The notes beneath the pieces are model-generated. The model ran no database searches and was not told the DNA's origin. It saw nothing but the letters and a program-made list of their open reading frames with translations. The translations under genes and the position numbers were made by a program. Positions 26,363 to 41,329 of a stretch of 64,000 nt of DNA are shown here, piece after piece. This DNA comes from Tubiluchus corallicola (Eukaryota > Animalia > Priapulida). The stretch's first letter is position 1. The number at the start of each line of letters is the position of its first letter. The DNA is taken from positions 1 to 64,000 of the forward strand of contig JAQGDQ010000583.1 of the NCBI GenBank assembly GCA_030141605.1, read 5' to 3'.

Positions 26363-27835
26363 CCATTAAAGGAATCGTCACCAAAAGCATTAGCAGCAAC
26401 GACAAAGTCAGAAAGACTAGTGAGAGTAAAGATCCCATTACGAATATCAGTAAGTGCAATAGTAAAGTAATGACAATAACAACAGCCACAAGTTGAAATT
26501 AAATACCATGATAAAGCTAGACATGATAAAGGATAGCAAAACAGACTGACAAAACTGTTCTGAAATAATTAACTTTCGCTCAAAAAACTCTAGAATATTC
26601 AGCCATGTGAATGGCCACTTGTACCTGGATGATTAATTAACAGAATTATCTGACCGCTTTGTGCACCAAGCGCACCGGCCTTGAAACTCCATCTAGAGGC
26701 CCGTCCTGAACTCTTGAGATTGCCTTCTGTGAAAAAGTATCTTCATTAAATGGAGGTCAAGATGCACGCTACACAGCTGGGATCTCAACCGTGATACGGA
26801 AAGTTATGACTGTTACTTTCTTGGATGCCTTTCAATTAGTATCGTTCAAAATTAAACCCAAAGTTAGTTGAAATAAAAAGGAAGTGTAGCGAGACACTTC
26901 TAGTAAAAATGTCAAGTCATTATATACCTGCAGTTTTTATTAAAATATACATATATATTTGAAATACATTGATATAACAGATTACAGAACTGGACTACTG
27001 CTTCTTACAAGCACTCTCGCTTTTATGAAATCATAAAAAGACTTTCTACTACACAGTAGACTCTGTTCTCTCTGTTGTCCTAAACAGGGCACCATGTTAG
27101 TTCGCAACACAACACTTTTTGATTTCGATGCATTTTATTTTTGTTTCTTATACATTTTCTCTGAAACATTTTGTTTCATTCAAAATACGCAAATGCCTGT
27201 TACAAAGGAAAACGTAGATTGGCAGATATTGTAAGCACGCATGGCATTTAAATCTTTGGGAGAATGCATTTAAGAAATAGGTCAACACAGGAAATAATTG
27301 GAGAAAGAACGAACTAACGAAGGATCCCCTCTTACAATGATGACGTAATTCAGCGAGTGAATGGTAAAGGCTATACTGTAATTGGAACAGCTTCCACTTG
27401 AACGCCATAACACTTTCACCTCGATGAAGTGATTATTCAAAATTGACCTGGCCTTCTTAGTGTAGCCATGTCATAGGTTGATAAAATTACACTCGTTCAA
27501 TTAAATCAATTAAATTAAGTCTTGTGTGAAGTTATTTATGACAAAAAATAAATGTAAATATCTTGATAATAAATGTTTCATGGAAGATTAACGATAAAGC
27601 AGCGTAAATCATAATGTGATCAACTGGTTACATTTATTACGTCTCTACGTTTTCCTGTTAATTGTTAAAATGCCGGGTTTATTATTTTATTATCGTCACA
27701 GGGTTGTGCCTGTGGCAAGGTGCTTGTTAGGGGTTTCATTGAGGAAAATTGGAGGCGCTTTTAATTAGCTCAGTCACGGCATTACAAAATTTTGCTCTAC
27801 GTTTATACGTTGTTCACAAGCGTCCTAAACAACTA

Positions 27836-28240
27836 CAGTCAACCCTCGTTAAACCGAACTAATGGGGGGGGGGGGGTCCGGTTTAACCGATTGTCCGATT
27901 TATCCGATATGCCTATATATGGTCTATATTATACAGGAATAATCACCTTAATAAGGCCTATATACATTGCACTATATACTGTGCACTATATACTATACTG
28001 TATATTACTTTAAAATAGCTAACCTGTGAGGATAAAGAAATTAGCGAGTGCTTTCGATGAGGTAAGCAAACTGAATTTTGGCGGGAATCGTAGCAGCCTG
28101 GGCAGCACCGCGAGCCGCTTCCGCCCCTCAATGGCTCGTGGTGAGTTGGTAGGCCGTGTGTGTTTAGCGCTCCGGCTCGGTCGGAAATCGGTCAGTTTCG
28201 TTTACCACGGTGACGTCCGTCTTATCCGATATCCGGGCTA
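27836..28240. mobile_element. pogo/Tigger-like MITE fragment
   Basis: TA|CAGTCAACCCTCGTTAAACCG terminus and repeated ttatccga/ttaaccga motifs; right TIR not found. Confidence 0.55.
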
Positions 28241-28738
28241 ATTGTCCAACACACAAATTGTATTATAATTTTTGAATTTTAGTTAGGTATTATAGTAGCT
28301 ATTTGACAGCAAAAACACAATTTGGCTGTCCTAAAGCGAGACTTGATCAATTACCATATATGCCTATAATTAATCAAAACTAATTATTATAATAAATATC
28401 ATTTCAATGAGATTGCTGCTTGCGCCAGCTTCATTACTGGGCAGCTGAATGTTGAGAGGTAGTTAATAATATTGACATTTAGGTAGGATGATTATGAAAG
28501 ATTGCAACTATTAGAAAGAGGTCTGTAATACATATCAACAAGGTACATAAAAACTGTTAGAATTAAGCTCAGTTATTAGGGTCATTACTAAAATATGCAG
28601 AAGCGACAAAAATAAGTAAGCAAAAAAATTAAATTAAAAATAAACATGGCAATTTAGCCACAATGCCCACAACAAAGTGTAGAGTGTTTTATATTTTAAT
28701 TTTATTTGTAGCTAATCGACAAACGGCGTTATTCTTAC

Positions 28739-29073
28739 AGTTTCGTTGTGCGCACGCGCAGTTGCTGTAGGTCAAAGGTTATGTGTACAACAGCAACGCG
28801 TTTTAATTATAATCGTCACGTGACATGTGGGTAAAGCAAAGCCGTCTGCCGCATTAATACAGTAACTTTTACGTGGTCTTTAGAGTGATTTACTAGCAGG
28901 ATCTTTTTTAGGAACAAGAAAAATGAACTAGGTAAGGTTCTAGCTAGCTGTTAAAACTGTTACTATTACAACAGCATGGGCTCAGAGGCGTTGTCAAGTG
29001 TACACAAATGTGTTGTCTGGTACACTTAACCTTTGAACTTTTCACGATCATCATTAATCCCTGGAACTGTGAA
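28739..29073 (+). repeat. Dispersed repeat, copy 2 of 5345-5692
   Basis: Colinear similarity. Confidence 0.85.
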
Positions 29074-29239
29074 AGAACTATTAAGAATTATTGATATTGA
29101 GTTTACATTTGAAGTTCTGCGCCGCTTTCTTTTGCTGTCACACAGATTCTAGAGCAGAGATGTAAAGTCTGTACTGGCTGTACACAAAAAAACAGCGTGC
29201 AAAATAGGTGTAAATTAAAATCGCAGAAGCAAACTTATG

Positions 29240-29641
29240 TGTCCCGGATGGGTGAGGACCGTATTCCTCGGACTCTCCTGTTTGGTGAGTTGGCAGTAGG
29301 GGCAAGGAGGGTCGGTAGGCCCTTTAAGCGTTACAAAGACCAGCTGAAGGATACCCTGAATCAATGCAACATCCAACCAGAAAACTTCGAGACCCTGGCG
29401 AGTGACAGAACTCAGTGGAGAGCGCTCTGCAAGAGAGCAGTGATCAACTTTGAGCATCTACGAATAGAAGATCTCAAAGAAAAGAGGCGTCGGCGTAAGA
29501 ATAATGTGCAGTGACTCGACGGACTTTCATGACTCACTTATTTTATTTCCTACTGTAATATCTCTCTGTATTTTGTGTCTGTCTGTGGGGCCGGATCCGT
29601 CGTTTGACGACGGCCTACCAATATATATATATATACAATAT
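29240..29641 (+). mobile_element. 5'-truncated RTE-clade LINE with TSD
   Basis: VSRMGEDRIPRTLLFGEL..G.R.VGRPFKRYKDQLK...ASDRTQWR is the typical RTE ORF C-terminus; 3' hairpin CCGTCGTttgACGACGG; (AT)n tail; TSD AAACTTATG at 29231-29239 and 29642-29650. Confidence 0.9.
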
Positions 29642-30160
29642 AAACTTATGAAGCCCGTTTGATACTACTAAAATTCTCATGAATCATAGACTCGGTTGGT
29701 TTCTGTTGTAACTGCTACTAAGTTTTAATTTTTTTAAAGCAGCGAGAGTCTTTAGAAGAAGTCGATATAATACTGTTTTCTTACTACCGTCTTTGAACCG
29801 CGCTGTGGTGCAGTTAGTTGCCCTTTAGCTATCTCTAACTTGATTGATTGCACCGTTAATGACAGAGAAAGAAAAAAAGAGGAGCTGCTTGCTTACTTGT
29901 AATTCATCCCCAGGTCTCACGTGTAGTTTAATAAAAGAAAGCTTGCCCCTACATCACTTATTTCAAATAAAGTTCAATGACGATTTCTAATAGCGGTTGT
30001 TTATTAATTTTTTTCTGTTCCTGTGCGCTGGCTTTGCGTGGGCCGATGGAATACTTGAGATTCAAAATTTGAATCATTAATGCAAACACAATTTTAATGT
30101 TATTTAATGTCAAGCGCTTCCAACGTAACTAGACTGTAGATGCTTGAGAGGGAAACAATA

Positions 30161-31009
30161 CGGGGTATCTCACAAGTCACTATGCATTTTATATGTCTTA
30201 TATTTTTTAACACAAAAAAGCAAGTGGTATACTTTTGAAAACAGGCACAGAGCCTTTGACACTTCTTTTAGGCAAATTAGACATAAATCTAAAAGGAACT
30301 ACTGTCCTAGCAGGCTTTTCTATTTTCACTACCTTCTTAGGAGACCTCAAGAGCCCATAAGAGTACGGGCCGACTTTTTCAGGGGAAGCTGAGCCACTTT
30401 TGCCTGAAAAGTTCAGGATCAACTTTGAGTTGGGAATTGTCTCATTGTACCCATTTTCAATGCCAGGATTTCGTGTTCTTTATTTTTGCCACGTAAAGAA
30501 ATTTCAAGATTTCTTTTCATGAAAAATATTATTTTATTTTTTTCATCATTTGGCCGGTGCCCGAAAAATTATATTTTTCCGAAATCGGAGGGTGGTCTGC
30601 AGCCCCCCCCCCAGTCGGTCCCCGGCTCGCACGCCTATGCAAGAACCTCAGAGACCAACCCAATTGGAAATTGGCCATCTTGCAATGAGGAGGTTTCTCA
30701 CAGCCATTAGCAGAGAGCCAGGTGCTGACCTCGTTGAAAACTACATTGCTAGTATTGACAGATTAGTGAACTCCATATAGAGCTGCGAATTTGCGCTGAA
30801 CCGTAGTTGGTTATCGAAGGCCCTCTTGCCAGGCTCGTTTTGCACTTCATTTGTAACGTTACTGCCGTCGCCAATGGGATTCCAGTCAAAAATTAAGTAA
30901 AAAGAATTGCCAAAAGCCTCTTTTGAATTATGTAAAAACTGGCTAAGGTTGTGGAAATTTAAAAAAAAGTATATAATTCAAAGTATATACCGACTTTTGA
31001 GACATCGTG
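30161..31009 (+). mobile_element. Decayed Tc1-family element with transposase relic
   Basis: Imperfect TIRs TA|CGGGGTATCTCACAAGTC and GACTTTTGAGACATCGTG|TA. Around 30650-30780, SETNPIGNW and VENYIASIDRLVNSI resemble the Tc1 motifs SPDLNPIENLW and LVESMPRRL. Confidence 0.55.
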
Positions 31010-31465
31010 TATGTACATATACGCATATACGATATGTTAGTATGCACATTTTTGGCTACTTTATTCACGGTCAATATTAATAGCAGATTAAGCAGATTTC
31101 CATGATTTCTTCATAATGCTCAAAAATTGACTCAGAGAACAAGGTCATTGTTAGCAGTCCATCCTGCTAAGCTTGTGTAGAGTGCACTGAAAACAACCAT
31201 TGAGAATTCGTTGAAAACTGATTGAGGACAAAATAAAAAGCTAATAGCTATTACTGATTTTTAAATCGCCAAATTTTGGGAATAAAATCTGCAAGGCTTT
31301 CTTATTTATTCTTTTTTACTTTTCTTGACCTATATTTTAATATCTAATATAGCCTCATTGTTATATATATTTCAGGTTATCATATTTACTAATTATAACT
31401 TACTAGTCTTACTCACAAAAGTGCTTCAGTGCTTGACAATAATATCAGTGTAGTATGTAATCCAA

Positions 31466-32237
<772 letters not shown>

Positions 32238-35200
32238 GCTGAATACAAACTCATGTAAGTCAATTGATTATTCTGGTCGCATGATGATATAGCCGTAATG
32301 TTCTGCATTCTTTAGCATTATAAATCGATTTTTTATAGCCTGCAAGGAATTTAGAACACCTTAAAGAGTTTAACGGAATTTTATCCAACGGATATGCTTT
32401 TGTGATGGTGTGCAGTGGTATTTAATAAATATCTTCAAATGTTCCTAAATTTGATTGCAAAATGTAGACTGTTACGTTCGTGATTTAATACATGTGCACT
32501 CTCGTAAAGAATAATAATTACAATCATGCAAAAGTATGTCATCAATACATTTAACTGCTGAAAATAAAAGCATTTATCATCAAAATAATTAAAATTCGGT
32601 TTACTAAATAACATTTGAACTCATTTTCAGGCAACAGTAACTGTATCGTAAGTGACAGTAACTAAGAGTAACCAAGAAAATTTTCTACCCGAGCCATAAA
32701 ATTAAATGAAAATTTGAATTTAGTTTTCTGTTACCTTAAATGTAAATTAGTTTAAATGAATTTATGGCTTAAAAATTTTGGGTCGTTTGTTGATCCTGTT
32801 TCTCAAACGAAATGCTTTTAAAGGTGATGACGACGCTTGTCGTTAAATAGTATTCTAATATATTTACATGTCATTAATCTCCATTAGCAAAATACCTATA
32901 TTCTACGATAGTACAAGACAATGTCTGCGGACAGCTTTAGACAAAGGGCATGGCCATCTAAACTAAATTGTGTTAAATTTTCGTCGAGTTATACAGCTGT
33001 TTGAAAGTAGGTTGCACGTAGAAGAAGATGATCCGAAACATCTCCTAGTAATTCGGACGGTCTTGCCCGTGGCAGTGAACAATAATTCGACACCATGCCG
33101 CATACCTCGGTTTTTGCAGCCATACAAGCTGCGTACAATAGCTTAATTGAAACATCAATTAAAATAGATAACGATTTTGCAAAGTTTGTTTCGAAGGCAG
33201 GACGGGTGCTTCTTCTATAGCTTTTGTGTTGCCACACTTAGAGGCGATAATAGCTGGCAATTTAGGAAATAATGCAGAATTAAGTTAATTATAAGGCCGC
33301 CATAAAATACTTCGAAAATACGAGCAAAGTAGTTAAAATCGTGATTACTCTCGTTATGGGTAACGGTGCCATTCTTGCATAAAGAGCTTGTCAGCTATGT
33401 TGTTATTAAGAAGTCTTTATTGTTACATGTTGCACGCGCAGTCTGATGATCGTCTGTCAGTCTGTAGCTGTTCTGTTGCTCTTTGCCTGATGTTTGTTCT
33501 GGCAGTAAGCTTGAATACAGCAAGTTAAATTATTATGATAAAAAATTTACTTTGTGTTCACTCTTTAAAAATACTTTATATGACTAGACGCATGTTTATG
33601 AGTAGTTACGTATATAAATCTCTTTAAATGATGACGAAAGCGTGATACTGAAGTTAAATAATTATATTTGCAGATATGTAAAAGGCATCGTAGCGTAACT
33701 TAGGCATCGTCTGTCTGCAAAGTTTTAGGCTGTTTGGGCATTTTGGCCGCTGGGATACTGCATAGCCTTCTGTCCAAGAATGAGTAAGTCCACTGGTCCC
33801 TGGATGGTGGTGCCCCTTCATTTTCTATTAGTTTCGTAATATTTTCTAATAATTAGTAATAACTAATAAGGCTCTACCATAATCCTACATTTGAAGCAGT
33901 AGAAACAAAAAGAACTCACTGACTAACTAATTAACCGCTTGATTTATGGCCACGTCCAACTGACTGAGCTGTTAGTTGATGGAAAAATCCAACAGAGTTT
34001 GATTGCTTTAGCGTGACTGCCTAGAGTACCATATATCTTTTAGTACTTGCTATTAAATCTAGTGAATGTTGGTATCTCAGACTTGGGTTAACTGCTAACC
34101 CTTGCATCTTGTTTATCTACATGTGCAGACCTCAACTACATCTGTCATGCATATACATGAGTATAACCTTTAATTCATGTCTGACAGTCTGTCCTATATA
34201 TATATGGTCATTTGCCGATGCAGAGTTTTTAAATCTAAACTTCAAATGCTGTTTTCTGAAAGTTTTCCTACGATCATTTACCACATATCATCGAAGGGGT
34301 AAAAAGCTAACCATATAGGTCTATATAACCCCATACACCACGGTGTAGCCTACCAGTGATTACATTACATATTATCTAGTAGATGTAGGATGCCCAGTCC
34401 GATTAATGCAAAAATGGTACTCTTAGGTAAATAATTATTTTGACGATTAGTTTTGCATTCATTTGCATAATTTTATGATCTTTTTGTTAGTGGCGAAATA
34501 AGTTTTAAAATTCATTATAGCCAAAGAGATTAAAAGACGTGTGGAAAAATCAATCGAAACTGATCTTGCAGATAGAAGCTAGCAAATTTTTCCGTGTGGA
34601 TTTTAATATCTTAAAGCATGAAATCAAATTCCCTGTAATACCTTCAATTCTCAGTCAGTCTTAGCCTTTCTTTCAGACACAACATGCACACGTTTTTCTA
34701 CACTCACGCTAGAGTAATTATTAATTAATTAGGTATTCATAATAAATATTTAATTATTGCAACACCAATTAATACCCAATTCAGAACACCTTACTTTAGA
34801 ATTAAATTACAGTAAAAGTCAATAAACATTAAACGCTCAGACAGACGCGTATAATCAATAATCGCAGACACGTTTTTCTTGTCTGCAAAACTTATTTTGA
34901 CGGCGCTCATTACAAAAGTATCAATTTCTCCCGTAAATTCCTACCTTGTTAATATCCCGTTGTCACGTGTGTTTGCTAGTCAACATAATCCACAACAATG
35001 ATCACGGTCAAATAGTTTTTAGTGCATAATTATATATTTATATGGATGACCATTACCGCTGACCCATATCCCATGCGATGCGAAGAGAAAGTGAGGCGTT
35101 CGGTTCCATGATAGCCCAATTTTGTTCGGCAGAAAAACCATCCAACCATGGGTGTGCTTGGGAACAAGGTTGGACATGCGGCTACCAAAGTGAAAGTGGC

Positions 35201-35624
35201 CAGAAAGTGAAATCTTCATTGACCCTAATGTCAGCCGCACCCGCTGTAGTCAGATAAGAGATAAATTCTCAAAATGAAAGGTGCCGAAAATAAAAAGAAA
35301 TTTTTTGAAGAAATGATTAATGGACAAGGTTTATAGGACAGCTGTCTCCACGGCGCATGTAAGACAACAGCAATGACAGTGATGTAGAGTCGGTAGAGGC
35401 GACAACGACAGCGATAACTGCAGCAGCAGCAACAGTAGCCTATCTTCACCACATGTAACAAAAAGATGGACATTTCTGCCTGAACTAAACCTCGCACCCA
35501 ATATAATTGACATCCATATTGAAATTTTATCAACATGCCAAAACTTGAACATTTTTACAGTAAAATTATGCTCTGATGACTTGAGTATCAAGTGATTTTA
35601 TTTAATTTGTTCATTTATACTTTG

Positions 35625-36085
35625 TATATTTAAAAAACACAAGACTTTTCGTAGTACAACTATCATTTTCAATTGATCAGAAAAACGAAAAAAAATCCAA
35701 ATAACAATGCCGTGTGTGAAGTGAAAGTTTAAAGATCAGTTACAATCAATAAATGCCTTTTTCTTTTTCCTTCAGAAGTAAGGACTTTGCTAAAACAGTT
35801 TACTGAATATTATTAAAATACTAATAAAGGAGGATATTATTAAAATATCAAAATGTTAAAATATCAAAATGAAACATAGTAATATTGAAATATCAAAATA
35901 TAAAACAGAATATTAAATTTTTTAAGCCGCAATAGTTTCTTAAAATTCTATTTACTATTTCAGGAAAGTCCTTGCTTCTGAAGGAAAGAATGTCTTCAGA
36001 TTGCAATTGATATTTGAACGTTTAGTCCACACAGCCTTTTAATTTTTCAACTGAAAGTGTTTTATTGGAACTATGTGTTTTTAAA
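35625..36085. mobile_element. Fold-back (palindromic) MITE-like element
   Basis: ttccttcagaagtaaggacttt (about 35767) vs aaagtccttgcttctgaaggaa (about 35965); taaaaaacac vs gtgtttttaa; imperfect arms of about 200 bp. Confidence 0.65.
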
Positions 36086-36249
36086 TGATTGACAAGATGC
36101 AATACACTTAAAGTTGTTAGACTTTCGTTTATACTCAAGCCCAAGTTACTTCAAACTGTGGACTGACCGTGAGGATCATGGTAAAAGGGATTATTTGTAA
36201 GCACGTTTTATCAGCAGTACAGTCTCATTTTGATCCTACAGGCCTGGTA

Positions 36250-36860
36250 AGTTTTATTTTTTATTTATTTATTTATTATTATTATCACATTCAGTACAAT
36301 ATAAAGCACACAGTGACATCAAAATTATTACATCTACTATATTAAATTGTTATGTTTCATACACTATCGTTATCATAAAAGAATAATTGTACTGCAGTGG
36401 GCTAGAGAAGCAAAGGCTTGTATAAGGCCGCTGTCATGTGAACCTGATAAAAAATGGACGAGTGAACAAAAAAAAGAACTGGGAGAAAGGTTAGATCACA
36501 CAGGAATGGTAGAGGGATGTGTTAGTGGAAATGGTAGGAAGAAAGATAATAGATTGCGCTATGTTGACATCAGCTCTAAAGATTTACCAATGATGCCTTG
36601 TTTTGCATAATCTGTACCAGGATTGTGGTATTACTGCTGCAACAGGTGTGGGAAATGTTAAGTCTTATATTCTGCGTTAAAAATTGGCAACCATATTATG
36701 ATTCAGCCTGAGAATTTGTTACGCTCAATAATTCAAGGAATATTCCAATCTTCCTATCTATTTTACAGACTAATCGTATTCATAAGAGCTGATCCATCAA
36801 GTGCTGGTTGCTTGGGTTAAACCTTTTGTTGCTTTCTTATTAGGGTAAGAAGACATTTGC
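36250..36860 (-). mobile_element. Possible decayed LINE 3' end
   Basis: (TTTA)n/(TTA)n tail at the left end, purine-skewed body, weak ..IMQNKA.. motif. Confidence 0.35.
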
Positions 36861-39629
36861 GTTTGAAACAAATATCAGGCTCTAGAATTAAAATTAAGTT
36901 GCTATTTACTATGACGACGACTACAGTACTGACCGGTTAGTAGAAATAGAAACGTCTCACATGGACAAGAAAGATCGTTTTGACTCGGAACTGAAAGTGG
37001 CTTATCACTTTTAAGTTAAAGAAAACAAAGATGTACCATGCTCTTGCCTTCGAGCCAGTAAGTTGCCTACTATACATCCATGTGTTATATTTTTTCTGAG
37101 TTAGCCTTGTATTCGTTTGGCATTGATTTATATTCAAATTTTAGATGGGAGACGTATCTTACAGAAGTGGCAAGAATGTATCCTTATTTCGGGATATCTA
37201 TTTGTTATTCATAATTTTACTTTCGAGCTGCTAATGAATTAAATCATTTTTTGGCTCTGACTTCCTAAATGCGAAACCTTTCACCAACCAGGAAATCATT
37301 TCTTTGTTAACGACTACATCATCTGCATAAATAGTTACCTCGCATTATTAACGAATTTGTTGTAAGATCTACATTTTTTCTGAATCTATATTCTCACTCA
37401 GTATCTAGGGCAATCTACATAAAAAACGTTAAAAGCATAGTGTGGTTCCTAGTCAATAAACTAAAGAGAGTTTCAGTTTTTTTAAGTTGAGTGTTTAAAA
37501 TGGAATAAGAAATGGCAAGGTGTCTATAATCAAAAATGTTGATAAGTGTAGCAGTTAGGATGCACTGTTCAGCTTACAAACCAATTTCACAAAAGATGCC
37601 GAAAACTACAGTTGTTAAACACTTTGTAAACATTCCTTCAATTAGTAATTTAGTTTTTGTTAAATCTCGATTCATAATACCACAAGATTTAGAATTATTG
37701 TTGGTAGGTAATCATGCCAAGAACTGGATTGGGTTGTGGCTTTCACTGGCAGGAATAAGCTGGCATTGAAATGGAAATGCGTGCGACTTTTCAAGTTGTA
37801 GCATTGCGAATGTAGGCCACCCTTTTGCACATTCTGGTCGATTTTGGACATATTGTTCCAAACGGCATTAAACTGTGAGCATTATTTTCTGTGGACTTCT
37901 GCGTGATATGTAGGACCTATTAAAATAACCGAATTGGGCTGTTTAAAACTAATTAAGCGCCTGTCGGACTGGCTTCAGGCGCTTAACGACATTCGAAACG
38001 CAAATATGTTTGGGAAACTAAAGTTTGAAATAAAAATATGGTTGGTTAAAAGCTGATTATCAAGATAGTTAAGTTCTTAGGTCAGTGTATTTTGTGCTAC
38101 CTGTCACAAGTACCTACTAAAGCGACATTCAACACCAACCTAATGATAACACGATAATTCGGGGAATTTTGTAATAATGTGTATTAATAGTTTAGGAACT
38201 GCACGATCCTGCAATGATGAATTATACTAACAGTGAGTTAAAGTCAACGTGTATAGTTGTAACAATTCTCAAAGCTTGTTGCATCCTTTCTCACAATATT
38301 TACTGTCATATTGTTACAATCATGCACGTAGGTTTCATGAGAAAGTTTAGGCGTGCTGAGTAAACCGTGTAACAAACTTTTCTAGTGTGAACAAGATTAT
38401 ATAATTTTTCAAACGCTAGGCAAGCCTTAATTCGTCAGTATATAATTGAGTAAGTCTAGCAAGCCGTTTGGATGAACTAGAGACAGTTTGGTTTAGTAAG
38501 TGAAACGTCACAGTTTGACTATACCACAACAGTTTCAGGTTTTTTGTATCGATCATGAAAATTGAATTTTAGACAATATTCGAACTTTTACTGTTAATTG
38601 ACAACTACTTTATAATCATGTCTCTTCATCAAGGTTATCTAAGCACAATGATATACAACCAATGCTATAGTTTTTTCGAGAACTCCTACTACGGAATTTA
38701 CTGCCTATTCAACGATCATTAAATTGTTTACAGAGCAAAATGATTCAACCGATAATTTATGAGGTTAGTAGTATTTGTGGTTTATACTTTATACCGTAAA
38801 AGGTAATAAAATAACAGTGATCATATTGTTTTATTAGTACAATAATTATTATTGAAGCAAGCACGTACTCTAAAAACCCATTGCCTAATTTATCGTTTAA
38901 ATGTACTATCTTGCTGGTTAAAATTTTGTCAAGGTTACAGATCCAAGTTTTCTCTATTTTCTATAGTAAGAAACGGGCCGAAAACAAGTAAATATTATGC
39001 TTACTGTTTAGATCTATTTATGATACTCTCCGGTTCAAAACTAATGATGTTTTAGCTTTAAAAAATCTACATTCATTGAAAATGTATGAGCTTTATTACC
39101 AATTAAACATTTTTAACTCATTAATTTAGTCCTTTTACTGCACGGAGCTGAGCATTTTTTAAAGCAGTGCACTCATTATTCGCCTCTAAGATCGAGTATT
39201 GTAATTTATTCTTATTTGTCGCAGCATGGGACCTTTACAATGTTTTCTACATAAACCATTATACACGGTACGGTCTGAAATTGCCATCGTTTTGTAAGTT
39301 ATACCATTAATAAGCAGCTGCATCATAGAGTGAGGCTGTTGTCACTGTAAAAATATATTATATAGACGTCATCTCGACGAATGTTTTGTGGCGTCGTGAT
39401 GGTTACTTTTATGTGCATGGGAGACCATTATTAAAAAAGCTCATTTGTCGTATTTTCTATTTCTTAGTAGAATGCAAGGAAATCGTGCTACGAGTTACAT
39501 GTTAAATAATTCAAGCGCCATGCCGATGCATTGTCATGCATACACACTGGGTGCAGTTGAAAGAGAAAAATGCAATTCATATTTCCTACATGTGGGCTCC
39601 TTATTTTTACTTTGAGTGATACCTATTAT

Positions 39630-40104
39630 CTAGGGCGTATTAACGAATAGGCTAGCTAGGCTATAGCCAAAGGCGCCAAATTTTGAGGGGCGTCACATTT
39701 TAGAAAAATGCTCATTCTCATATGAAAAAGTATACTTTCCTATTCATGTAAAAGGCACATTTTGTAACACACCACAGACAGTAACTGAGCTCAGCTTTTA
39801 TATAAGTACCACGTAACGAATTTTTTTGTAAGGTACTACACAACAGGCAGTTATGTAGCCTGCTTATATATAAGCGGTAAGGAAATATACATGTAATTAA
39901 TACTGACCACGTGGAAACAAGGTTAATAGTGTTTTTTTAATACAACACAAGTAATTGTTTGAATTTCTCATTACTTAAGCAGCCATAAATTCTTAATAGA
40001 GGTGAACGGGACAGCACTATCAGCGCAGGGCTATATATTCTTAATAGAGGTAAACGGGACAGCACTATCAGCGCAGGGCGTCCCAAAGTCTTGATAAGCC
40101 CCTG
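39630..40104. mobile_element. hAT-type MITE with internal 49-bp tandem duplication
   Basis: cctattat|CTAGGGCGTATTAA...TTGATAAGCCCCTG|cttattat (7/8 TSD match); duplicated unit at 39990-40079; diverged relative at about 56957-57320. Confidence 0.65.
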
Positions 40105-41329
40105 CTTATTATCAATGTTGTCGTTCTTGGCTCGCTCACTGGGGATCATAAAGGAAAAGCGATGCGATTTTAGGTCAGTGATGGGATTGATGAACAGAAT
40201 TTTACTACAACCTTGAAAGGTTTAACATTAAATACGAGTACGAAAACGGCCTTAAGCTGTTGGTGTAGCATTTTTCTGACGCACGCGTGGACAAAGCAAG
40301 GCATGCGCATGAACATGGCCAGGCAGCACGCGGTCCAGAGAACCAATTGAACCTTTTATGTAAATGGAAACGAAAGATGGGCCTAAAAGACTGACATCAC
40401 ATTGTGGGTAAAACATAAAGGCGAAGCGTCTGACTCACTGTTACTACATCTCGGTTTATCGTACTTAGTAGTAGCCATGGAAAACTAATGTACGTTCACA
40501 TATAGCCGCGACTCTTGCAGTATGTGTGATCCAGTTTATGCTGCATCGCATTTGCCTAAAGTATTTTATTTAGCTTAAAAGAGAACCGGACGATTGTGTA
40601 AACATTACTTCAGAATAAAGAATGCTCTAAATATTGAAAACTACAACAGCTTTTTTTCATAGCAAAGCTTACATTAAATAATAATTATCTCGGATACTCA
40701 AATTTCTTTTAAATTTTCAAACCTACGCGCGGTTCAGTGAATCTACTAAGATTGGCAACGGCGCTTTTTTGTCACATTCGAGTGGCCGACAAATAAAAGG
40801 CGGCACCATGATAACCATGATCATGAACTGCTGTGTCGACATTAAACAGTAACACTTTCGCAAACGTGCTTGACGCGCAAGGGAAGATGCCTGTTATTGC
40901 ACAAATTGTGGTTAGTTTCTGACGTAAGCAATAGTTGTGTTCGGCTGCCGTTAACTAACTTTCTAAGCTAATTATTAAAATGTAAGAAACAATTACTAAC
41001 TTTTATAGGCAAGAAAACGTACATTTTGGACAGTAAATTAAAATGAGATTGAGTCTAAACAATCATCCGGTTTTCCTTTAACAAAAGCATTAGTACTTTC
41101 CTGATCTGGTATCAGTGGATCAAGTGTTGTTACACTAACCTCTGCTGTACACATATTACCACAGCAGAGTAAAATATAATAATTAATGAACTATACTGTT
41201 AATTTCATGATCCAACTTATTAATGTTGGAATAAACTCAACTTTTGCTTAAAATTCTGGTTAGAATATTGCTAATTGATTGGTGAGTTTTAAGCAGTGAA
41301 TTAAGACCTGCCATTTAATAAGGGAAAAT

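Noticed and set aside
35019-35250. GC-richer block with a 73-aa ORF
   Set aside because: No recognisable motif or splice-consistent exon
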